Assembly (NCBI GenBank): GCA_963782055.1
Contig: CAWAIF010000003.1
Location: 4,032,001 to 4,096,000, forward strand
Direction: 5' to 3'
From: an uncultured delta proteobacterium
GTDB taxonomy: Bacteria > Myxococcota_A > Polyangia > Polyangiales > Polyangiaceae
Length of the DNA: 64,000 nucleotides
Shown: one piece after another, positions 55,487 through 64,000 of the stretch
Layout: every line of letters starts with the position of its first letter
Numbering within the stretch: position 1 is the stretch's first letter
The notes under the pieces: generated by a model
Seen by the model: only the letters and a program-made list of their open reading frames with translations
The model's database searches: none
What the model was told of the DNA's origin: nothing
Translations under genes and position numbers: made by a program

Positions 55487-57768
55487 CACACGACGAGATC
55501 GCCGAAGCGGCGGCGCAGCGTCATGCTCGCGGCGTCCGCCGCGCAGTTCGGGCAGTAGGAGAAGCGGGTGATCATCCGCTCGAGCGACTCCTTCGCGGCC
55601 TTCTTGCGCGCGGCGTCCAGGCCGCCGCTGTCCTCGCGCACGTAGAGCACGATGTCGCGCGCGCGGGCGGCGACGAGATCGCGCTTCTCGGAGAAGATGG
55701 AGTCGCGCATGAGCTTCAGGTAGTGGGGGAAGACCACCGACGCGTCCACCCTCGCGCCCGGGTGGTCCAGCGCCCACGCCGCGATGGCGCCGATCATCGC
55801 CTGCCGCGCCTCGCTCGGGTCGCCCTTGACGTCCAGGAGGCGCTCCACCTCGCGCATCAGCTTCTCGTCCGGCTCCTCGTAGTCGCCGGTGACGCGGTTG
55901 CGCACGCGCTCCTTCTTCACCCACATGCTGACGTGCTGCACGTAGCGGTCGAAGAGGTCGGCGTACTGGTCCTCCTCCACCAGGCCGCTCGTCGAGTACA
56001 GCTCGTGCTCCCAGGTGTCGAGCAGCCGCGCGGTGAGCGACTCCAGAAACTGGTTGGTGTCGTGGTAGCCGCCGCCGAGCGGCTCCTGCTGCAGCCACTC
56101 GAACTCGCCGCGGCGGCGGCAGAGCACCTCGATCTCCTCGAGCACGGCCACCGGCGAGAGGCACTGGTAGTGGGTGGACTGGGCCGCATCGAGCAGGATC
56201 ATGCGCATCTCCCGCGGGCTCGCGCCGATGCGCCCCTCGTAGATGGGGTACGAGTCGCTCTCCTCGTAGATGGACGGGATGTTGGCGCGCAGGGTCTTCT
56301 GCGCGTCCCCGTCGAGGCGCTCCGGCGCGCGGCCGGTGGCGTACAGGTCCATCTTCTCCAGGGCTGTCAGCCCGGAGAGCACCGCGCCGAGCGTGCGGCC
56401 GTAGCGCTCTGGCGTCGCCTTGCGCATCCGCGTCAGCACGGCGAACATCGCCGCCATGCGCGTGGCGTGCGGGGCGACGTGGCGCCGCACCTGCGGGGCG
56501 ACGTGGGCGTCGTAGATGGCCTGCTCCTGCACGTACGAGAGCAGGTACGGCGTGCGAATGAGCTCCAGCCGCCCGCGGAAGCTGGCGAACTCGGGGTGCT
56601 CGCGGAAGGCGTCCAGGTGCACCTCGTTGGCGCTGGCGAGCATCACGCAGTTGAGCTGCACGTTCTGCTGCGTGAGCGACACCTCCCCCGTCTCGATGCT
56701 GAGCTGCAGGTACTTGAAGGTGTCCAGCGGGCGCTTGAGCAGGTCGCTGAACTCCAGCACGCCGCCCGCCGCGTCGATGAGCTCGCCCTTCACCTCGTAG
56801 AGGGGCACCGCCTGCAACGAGGGCGGGAGCGCGGCGAGCGAGCGGTCGACGGTGAGCTGGCGCTCGCCCGCGTCGACGCTCATCTGCGGGCCGACGGTGA
56901 CGGCGCCCACGCGGTAGCGCTGCGAGATGAAGTAGCGCTCCACCTCGACGTGCTTGAGCACCTCCTTGTAGGAGCCGTCGTAGGAGGCGAGCAGCGCCTC
57001 GAAGACCTGGGCGGCCTTGTGCGAGAGCTCACCGCGCAGGATCCACTCGGAGGGCGGCTCCGGCTCGCTCCCGGTCGTGCGCTTCGCGGCCTCCCACGCG
57101 CGCTCGAGGAAGCGGCGCCGCTCGTCGAGCGGGAGCAAGAAGAGCGGGTGGTCGCGCACCTCCAGGAGGATCTTGGCGTCGATCTGGTCGTCGGCGAGGT
57201 GGGCGTAGGTGGAGGTGTCCACCTTCGCCGCGTCACCCTTGGCGAAGCCGAGCGCGCCGCGGATGGTCTTGTTGGACGGGAACACCCACACGAAGCGGTA
57301 GAGCGCGCCGTCGTCCTGGTGGGAGTAGTTCTCCATCGCGCGCATCAGGCAGCCGACGATGGTGCTCTTGGCCGACCCGTTCGGCCCGTGGAGCAGCAGC
57401 AGGCGGCCGGGGCGGCCCTCCCGCGCGAAGTTGGAGAGCGCGCGGTACATCTCCCCCTGCACCTGCTCCTGACCGATGAGGGCGCCGCGCGGGAGCGCGC
57501 CGCGCGGGCTGTCCGGCTTCTCCCACGGCAGATCGAAGAGCTTCCAGCGCGTGAACTCGCCCCACGGGTGGTCCACCGTCACCGTGCCGTAGTGGTCGAA
57601 GACGTCGCGCACGTAGCGGCTGGCGTCGCGGGCGTAGCGGACGGGGTCGGTGGCGAAGAGGTCCAGGTACTCGGAGAAGGAGAGGACGCGGCGGCCGGAC
57701 TTGAAGCGGCGCTCGACCTCCTCCGCCATCGACTCGAGCTGCTGAGACAGCGAACGTTCTTCGGTCAT
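55486..57768 (-). CDS. prkA: PrkA/YeaG-family AAA+ serine kinase
   Basis: LLHGPNGSAKS, GVLEFSDLLKRP, ASANE, PYLL, HVAPH, GASPRE. Confidence 0.88.
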   Translation of the reverse strand: MTEERSLSQQLESMAEEVERRFKSGRRVLSFSEYLDLFATDPVRYARDASRYVRDVFDHYGTVTVDHPWGEFTRWKLFDLPWEKPDSPRGALPRGALIGQEQVQGEMYRALSNFAREGRPGRLLLLHGPNGSAKSTIVGCLMRAMENYSHQDDGALYRFVWVFPSNKTIRGALGFAKGDAAKVDTSTYAHLADDQIDAKILLEVRDHPLFLLPLDERRRFLERAWEAAKRTTGSEPEPPSEWILRGELSHKAAQVFEALLASYDGSYKEVLKHVEVERYFISQRYRVGAVTVGPQMSVDAGERQLTVDRSLAALPPSLQAVPLYEVKGELIDAAGGVLEFSDLLKRPLDTFKYLQLSIETGEVSLTQQNVQLNCVMLASANEVHLDAFREHPEFASFRGRLELIRTPYLLSYVQEQAIYDAHVAPQVRRHVAPHATRMAAMFAVLTRMRKATPERYGRTLGAVLSGLTALEKMDLYATGRAPERLDGDAQKTLRANIPSIYEESDSYPIYEGRIGASPREMRMILLDAAQSTHYQCLSPVAVLEEIEVLCRRRGEFEWLQQEPLGGGYHDTNQFLESLTARLLDTWEHELYSTSGLVEEDQYADLFDRYVQHVSMWVKKERVRNRVTGDYEEPDEKLMREVERLLDVKGDPSEARQAMIGAIAAWALDHPGARVDASVVFPHYLKLMRDSIFSEKRDLVAARARDIVLYVREDSGGLDAARKKAAKESLERMITRFSYCPNCAADAASMTLRRRFGDLVV

Positions 57769-57848
57769 CGCGAGGACAAGGTAGCACCGTTGCCCGCCGC
57801 CCGCGTGCCCCCAGCCGGAGCCCGACGCGTCGCGGAGGGCCCGCGGGC

Positions 57849-57870
57849 AGGGGCGGCACGTGCCGCCCCT
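57849..57870. repeat. Perfect 22-bp palindrome
   Basis: AGGGGCGGCAC|GTGCCGCCCCT between co-directional genes. Confidence 0.8.
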
Positions 57871-57899
57871 TCCAGGCACGTCACGACGTTCACATCCTC

Positions 57900-58376
57900 T
57901 CAGCGCACGGCGACCGGGATGGACAGCTCCTTGGTGTCCAGCATGCAGTTCTGCGTGGAGCAGACGCTCAGCTTGAAGGTGCCGGAGATGGTGACCGCGC
58001 CCTTCTTCTTCGGCTTGAAGTGGAGGGTGAGGTAGCCCACCTTCTCGTTCTTCGGGTCGAGGCGGAAGTCGCCGGCGCGCTTGGAGAAGATGTTCTTGCC
58101 GCCCGCGTCGTGCCCCGCGTACTCCACGCCCGCCACGTCGTTCGCCTTGAACTTGTAGGGGTACTCCTTGTTGACGTGGAAGACCCCGAGGGCCTGAAGC
58201 TTCAGCTCCACCGTGCAGGTGGCGCCGGCGTGACAGGCGCCCTGCGTGTCGGCGAAGACGATGAACTTGTCCGTCTTGGCGACCTGACCTGCCTGCCCGT
58301 CCCCCGCGAGGGTGAGGCCCGCGGCCACCACCAGACCCGAAATAGCTGCGATAGTCTTCTTGGAGAACGTTGCCAT
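57900..58376 (-). CDS. Secreted Ig-like protein resembling a stand-alone DsbD N-terminal domain
   Basis: Signal peptide; FHVNKEYP; LSVCSTQNC near the C-terminus. Confidence 0.72.
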   Translation of the reverse strand: MATFSKKTIAAISGLVVAAGLTLAGDGQAGQVAKTDKFIVFADTQGACHAGATCTVELKLQALGVFHVNKEYPYKFKANDVAGVEYAGHDAGGKNIFSKRAGDFRLDPKNEKVGYLTLHFKPKKKGAVTISGTFKLSVCSTQNCMLDTKELSIPVAVR

Positions 58377-58381
58377 TGCCC

Positions 58382-59263
58382 TCACCTCGGTTGCGGTTTC
58401 ACGTTCGGTGAAGCGCCGGAGGCCGGCGGCTTCGGGGGTTTGGATGTGGATGCGGACGCCGATGCGGATGATAGCGCAGCCGCTCCGTTGGACGAGGCTG
58501 CCGCGCTGAGATTCACCGTGGCCGGCAGCAGGTAGAGTTCCAGACGCGGACCGGAGGGCATCCACTCCAGGCGGGACGTATCGCCCGGGACGTAGCTCTG
58601 CGGGGCGTCGAAGGGCTCCATGCCGGTAGCCACCGAAGCAAAGGCCATTCCGGTGGCCGAGGTCGTCGCTGCCACGATGCCGATCCCCTGGTCGCGCGGG
58701 TCGTGATTTTTCCAATGATCCACGATACTTCGGACATCAATACGGATCGTCGGACGGCCGGATCCGGTGACCACGGTGGCGGGGGAGCGCTCCTCCTGCA
58801 GGGCAGGCTGCCGCGGCCAGGTGATGGATCGCGCGTCCCACGCCTGGACGACCCGCTCGGCGTGCAGGGAGAAGGGGGTGGGGTCGGCGTCCACCCGCGG
58901 GGCGCGGTCCAGAAGGACGTAGGCCTCCACGACGCGGTCGGCCGGCGTCACGGCCTGCGCGTCGAAGCGCATGAGCAACACGGTGTCGGCCTCCCGCCCC
59001 AGCACGAACTCGCGGGGCACGCGCCCGGAGGTGTCCGCGCGGGAGACGTACGCCATCTCGACGGGGCGGAGCACGACACGCCGGATAGCGGGGTGCGCGA
59101 TGATGGGCGTGCCCTTCGCCTGGCAGCGACCGGCCACACACATGGCCGGGCTCGCGCACTCGCTCGCGCTGACGCACATGCGGTCGCGCGCCACGCACGA
59201 GACGCCCGCGCCGGTCGCAACGGCTGCGCCGAGGAGGACGAGCAGGCGCGTTCTCGCGAGCAT
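58382..59263 (-). CDS. Lipoprotein with Cys module and DNRLRE/CBM96-like domain
   Basis: Lipobox GVS-C, C-x5-C-x5-C-x4-[25 protein letters not shown]. Confidence 0.75.
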   Translation of the reverse strand: MLARTRLLVLLGAAVATGAGVSCVARDRMCVSASECASPAMCVAGRCQAKGTPIIAHPAIRRVVLRPVEMAYVSRADTSGRVPREFVLGREADTVLLMRFDAQAVTPADRVVEAYVLLDRAPRVDADPTPFSLHAERVVQAWDARSITWPRQPALQEERSPATVVTGSGRPTIRIDVRSIVDHWKNHDPRDQGIGIVAATTSATGMAFASVATGMEPFDAPQSYVPGDTSRLEWMPSGPRLELYLLPATVNLSAAASSNGAAALSSASASASTSKPPKPPASGASPNVKPQPR

Positions 59264-59374
59264 CGGGACGGAGCCTACCACGCGCGCCCGCCGGCTCGCT
59301 CCGGCGGGCGGCGTCTCGCTCCCCCCGCCCGAACGTGGCCCGGGTCGCGTGCGGTATGGTACGACCACACTGCC

Positions 59375-60370
<996 letters not shown>

Positions 60371-60371
60371 C

Positions 60372-61397
60372 ATGACGGTCGAGAGCTCCCCCGCGCCGTC
60401 CACGCAGAAGAAGGGGCGCACCCTCGTCGCGACGGACAAGCTGACGAAGTACTTCCCCGTGCAGCGCGGCCTCTTCGGCCGCTCCACCAAGTACCTGCGC
60501 GCCGTGGAGGACGTGAGCCTGCGCGTGCGCCGCGGCGAGACGCTCGGCCTGGTGGGCGAGAGCGGGTGCGGCAAGAGCACGCTCGGCCGGCTGGTGCTGC
60601 GCCTGCTCGACCCGACCTTCGGCCGCGTCATCTTCGACGGACAGGATCTCTCCCGCATGACGCAGGCGGAGCTGCGCCCCCTGCGCCGGCGCATGCAGAT
60701 CATCTTCCAGGACCCCTACTCCAGCCTCAACCCACGCATGACGGTGCGCGAGATCGTGGGCGAGGCGATCCGCATCTTCAAGCTGGCGGCGACGCGCGCC
60801 GACGAGGAGGCGATGATCGCCGACCTGCTGGGCAAGGTGGGGCTGCGCGCAGAACACATGGACCGCTACCCGCACGAGTTCTCCGGCGGGCAGCGGCAAC
60901 GCATCGGCATCGCCCGCGCGCTCGCGGTGCGGCCGGATTTCATCGTCTGCGACGAGCCCATCAGCGCGCTGGACGTCTCCATCCAGGCGCAGATCGTCAA
61001 CCTGCTCCTCGACCTGCAGGAGCAGATGGGCCTCTCCTACCTCTTCATCTCGCACGACCTGAAGGTGGTGGAGCACATGAGCCACCGGGTGGCGGTCATG
61101 TACCTCGGGCGCGTGGTCGAGTTGGCGACGAGCAAGTCGCTCTACGAGCTGCCGCGCCACCCCTACACGCGCGCGCTGCTGGCGGCCGCGCCCGTCGCCG
61201 ACCCGACGCGCAAGCGCCTCCGCGTGCTGCTGGAGGGAGACCTCCCCTCCCCCATCGACCCGCCCGCCGGCTGCTCCTTCCACCCGCGCTGCCCGCGCGC
61301 CATCCCCGGCACCTGCGACAAGGAAGTCCCGCGGCTGGAGGACGTCGAGTCCGCCGACCGCCACCGCGTCGCCTGCTGGAACCCCCACACGTCCTGA
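60372..61397 (+). CDS. Oligopeptide/dipeptide ABC transporter ATPase (OppF/DppF-like)
   Basis: [32 protein letters not shown]. Confidence 0.95.
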   Translation: MTVESSPAPSTQKKGRTLVATDKLTKYFPVQRGLFGRSTKYLRAVEDVSLRVRRGETLGLVGESGCGKSTLGRLVLRLLDPTFGRVIFDGQDLSRMTQAELRPLRRRMQIIFQDPYSSLNPRMTVREIVGEAIRIFKLAATRADEEAMIADLLGKVGLRAEHMDRYPHEFSGGQRQRIGIARALAVRPDFIVCDEPISALDVSIQAQIVNLLLDLQEQMGLSYLFISHDLKVVEHMSHRVAVMYLGRVVELATSKSLYELPRHPYTRALLAAAPVADPTRKRLRVLLEGDLPSPIDPPAGCSFHPRCPRAIPGTCDKEVPRLEDVESADRHRVACWNPHTS

Positions 61398-61400
61398 CCC

Positions 61401-62606
61401 ATGGCCCTGCCCGAACGCATCGGTCGCTACGAAGTGATCCGACCGCTCGGCGAGGGCGGGATGGGCCGCGTCATGCTCGCGCGCGACTCGGTGCTGGGGC
61501 GCGAGGTGGCGGTGAAGGTCATGCGCGACGACCTCGGGCTGCCTCCGGAGGTGAAGCGCTCGCTCTTCGAGCGCATGCGCAACGAGGCCCGCGCGGCGGC
61601 GGCGGTGCGCCACCCCAACCTCGTCGTGCTCCACGACATGGGCGAGAGCGAGGACGTCGGCCTGTTCCTGGTGTTCGAGTACGTCAAGGGGCCGACGCTG
61701 CGCGACCGCCTGCAGGAGGGGCCGCTGCCACCGCTGGAGGTGGCGCGGATGGCGATCGAGCTCGGCGGGGCGCTCACCCGCGCGCACGAGGCGGGCGTCA
61801 TCCACCGCGACATCAAGCCGGAGAACGTGATCCTCAGCGAGAACGGCGCGGTGCTGACCGACTTCGGCATCGCGCGCGTGCCCGACTCCACCCTCACCAC
61901 GGCGGGGATGGTGCTGGGCACCGCCGCGTACTCGGCGCCGGAGGCGCTGGCGAAGGGGGAGTTCGGGCCGGCGTCGGACCAGTTCTCCCTGGCGGCGACG
62001 CTCTACGAGGCGCTCTCCGGGCGGCGCGCCTTCCCCGGCGACGACGCGCTCACCGTCGCCACGCGCGTGGCCACCGAGCAACCGGCCCCCATCACCGAGT
62101 CGGAGCCCGACGTGCGGCGGCGGCTGGTCCTCGGCCGGGCCGAGGCGGTGCTCCGCCGCGGGATGGCGAGGGACCCGGCGGGCCGCTACGCGAGCTGCCG
62201 CGCCTTCGGCGATGCGCTCGCCGCGTCCATCGACGCGCGCGTCTCCGGCGGCTTCGCCACCTTCCCGACGCACAGCACCTCGGTGGTGCCGAAGGCGACA
62301 CGCCGCTGGCAGAACGTGTTCGTCGGCGCGGCCATCCTGGTGATCGCGGCGCTGATCTACTTCGGCCGCCGCGGCACGTCGGACGGCGCCTCCCTCAAGC
62401 ACGCGGCGGACGACTTCGCCCGGACGGTGGGATCGGCGGAGGCGACGACGCCGCCGGCCTCACACACCACGCACCACCGCGTGACGCACAGCCACGACGA
62501 CGCCGGGGCGGCCGACGGCGAGCCGAGCGGCACGGCCTCCGCCCCGCTGCCGGTGCCCATCCCGACAGGGCCGCCCACGGCCTCCGGGCTCCCCCAGCCG
62601 TTCTGA
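61401..62606 (+). CDS. Membrane Ser/Thr protein kinase
   Basis: GEGGMG, AVK, HRDIKPEN, DFG, APE; TM helix; short tail ending LPQPF. Confidence 0.94.
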   Translation: MALPERIGRYEVIRPLGEGGMGRVMLARDSVLGREVAVKVMRDDLGLPPEVKRSLFERMRNEARAAAAVRHPNLVVLHDMGESEDVGLFLVFEYVKGPTLRDRLQEGPLPPLEVARMAIELGGALTRAHEAGVIHRDIKPENVILSENGAVLTDFGIARVPDSTLTTAGMVLGTAAYSAPEALAKGEFGPASDQFSLAATLYEALSGRRAFPGDDALTVATRVATEQPAPITESEPDVRRRLVLGRAEAVLRRGMARDPAGRYASCRAFGDALAASIDARVSGGFATFPTHSTSVVPKATRRWQNVFVGAAILVIAALIYFGRRGTSDGASLKHAADDFARTVGSAEATTPPASHTTHHRVTHSHDDAGAADGEPSGTASAPLPVPIPTGPPTASGLPQPF

Positions 62607-62681
62607 CCCGTTGCGCGCGGCGAGGGGAAGTTTGGTCGGCTGGGCCGTAAGACGCGGTACGCTCCGGGCCCGAGACTCACC

Positions 62682-63725
62682 ATGCGAAAGCTGCTTCTAC
62701 CCCTCACCGTCCTCCTCCTGCTCACCAGCACCACCGGGTGCAAGAAGCTCTTCCGCAAACGGTTCCACCACGACGCCGGCGCGTCGCCCCTGACGGTCGC
62801 CAGCACGGTGGGGAGCGCCACCGGCGCGCCGGACGGCGGCGAGCTCTCCGCGGCCGACGAGGCGCTGCGCCGCGGCGTGGAGCTCAAGTCGAAGGGCTGC
62901 CTCGTGGGCAACGCCAAGGAGTGCAACGACGTCGGCATCGACTACGAGGAGGGCCGCGGCGTCCCCCTCGACTACCTGAAGGCGGGCGACTTCTACCGTC
63001 AGGCGTGCGACGCGAAGTCCCCCGAGGGCTGCGCCAACCTGGGCGCGCTCTACGACGACGGCAAGGGCTACCCGCAGGACAAGGTGAAGGCCTCGGCCCT
63101 GTACCGCACGGCGTGCGACGGCGGCTCCAACCGTGGCTGCAACCACCTCGGCCTGCACTACCTGTACGCCCAGGGCGGCCACAAGCAGAACAACGCCAAG
63201 GCGGTCTCCCTCTTCACGCGCGCGTGCGACCACAGCGACGCCTACGCGTGCACCAACCTCGGCTACATGTACTGGAAGGGTCTCGGCGTGCGTCAGGACT
63301 TCGTCAAGACCGTCGCCCTCTACCGGGAGGGCTGCGACGGCGGCGACCCGAACGGCTGCCACAACCTGGGCGTGCAGCAGGAGAAGGGCGAGGGCACGCT
63401 CCAGAGCTACCTGCTGGCGTCGGTCTCGTACCGCAAGGGGTGTGACGGCGGGGCGCCGGGCGCCTGCGTCAACCTGGGCGTGCTCTACGAGGACGGGCAC
63501 GGCGTCATCAAGGACGACGCGACGGCCGCCACGTACTACGAGAAGGGTTGCGACGGCGGCAAGGCCACCGGGTGCAACAACCTGGGTCACCTCTACCAGG
63601 ACGGCCGCGGCGTGACGCGCGACATCACGAAGGCCAAGACCCTCTTCAAGAAGTCGTGCGATCTGGGGGACGCCCAGGCGTGCACGAGCTACGGCACCCT
63701 GCTGCACAAGGGCGCGCCACTCTAG
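62682..63725 (+). CDS. Cys-bridged Sel1-like repeat lipoprotein (Hcp-like)
   Basis: Lipobox TTG-C; about 7 repeats of A..Y..(A/G)CDGG...GC.NLG..Y..G.G. Confidence 0.92.
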   Translation: MRKLLLPLTVLLLLTSTTGCKKLFRKRFHHDAGASPLTVASTVGSATGAPDGGELSAADEALRRGVELKSKGCLVGNAKECNDVGIDYEEGRGVPLDYLKAGDFYRQACDAKSPEGCANLGALYDDGKGYPQDKVKASALYRTACDGGSNRGCNHLGLHYLYAQGGHKQNNAKAVSLFTRACDHSDAYACTNLGYMYWKGLGVRQDFVKTVALYREGCDGGDPNGCHNLGVQQEKGEGTLQSYLLASVSYRKGCDGGAPGACVNLGVLYEDGHGVIKDDATAATYYEKGCDGGKATGCNNLGHLYQDGRGVTRDITKAKTLFKKSCDLGDAQACTSYGTLLHKGAPL

Positions 63726-63797
63726 ATCTTGCCCACGGGACGGGCGCCGGGGGTGAGGTGGACGGATGGGGCGCGCGCGCCTATGCTCGCGAGCCCC

Positions 63798-64000
63798 ATG
63801 TCGGCCGACACCGCGCACCTCGCGAAGCTCTACCGCCAGATGCACCTCATCCGCCGCCTCGAGGAGGAGGCGGCCCGCGCCTACGCGCACGGCAACATCG
63901 GCGGCTTCCTTCACCTGTACATCGGGCAGGAGGCCGTCGCGGTGGGCGCGTGCGCGGCGATGAAGGAGGACGACTACGTCATCACGACGTACCGCGACCA
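63798..64000 (+). CDS. pdhA: Pyruvate dehydrogenase E1 alpha subunit (5' part; runs off the window)
   Basis: LYRQMHLIRRLEE...IGGFLHLYIGQEAVAVG...DYVITTYRD. Confidence 0.92.
   Translation, partial: MSADTAHLAKLYRQMHLIRRLEEEAARAYAHGNIGGFLHLYIGQEAVAVGACAAMKEDDYVITTYRD

Overview
Very GC-rich bacterial DNA, most likely from a myxobacterium (Polyangiaceae/Sorangium-like): it has romR next to valS, a DigR-like REC-XRE regulator, a MYXO-CTERM protease, several Ser/Thr kinases and Cys-rich lipoproteins. The window is mostly core or semi-core chromosome with about 59 CDS (pdxA, two tldD plus tldE, skp-lpxD-fabZ-lpxA, hrcA, romR, valS, holB, thiE, bioA, tatD, prkA, oppDF-like, partial pdhA) and two tRNAs (Pro-CGG, Met-CAT). 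I saw no integrase, transposase, prophage or CRISPR array. Most notable: (1) an unannotated, strongly structured ~150-nt + strand transcript candidate divergent from tRNA-Pro, with a perfect Shine-Dalgarno followed by AUG-UGA and its own intrinsic terminator; (2) hrcA and valS are both broken by the same single-A insertion (CCAGATCC to CCAGAATCC); (3) an att-like 12-bp duplicate of the tRNA-Pro 3' end; (4) kinase + TPR/Sel1 (+ lipoprotein) cassettes that suggest trans-envelope signalling; (5) REP-like hairpins translated as protein C-termini. All calls come from reading motifs by eye; no database searches were run, and start codons are best estimates.
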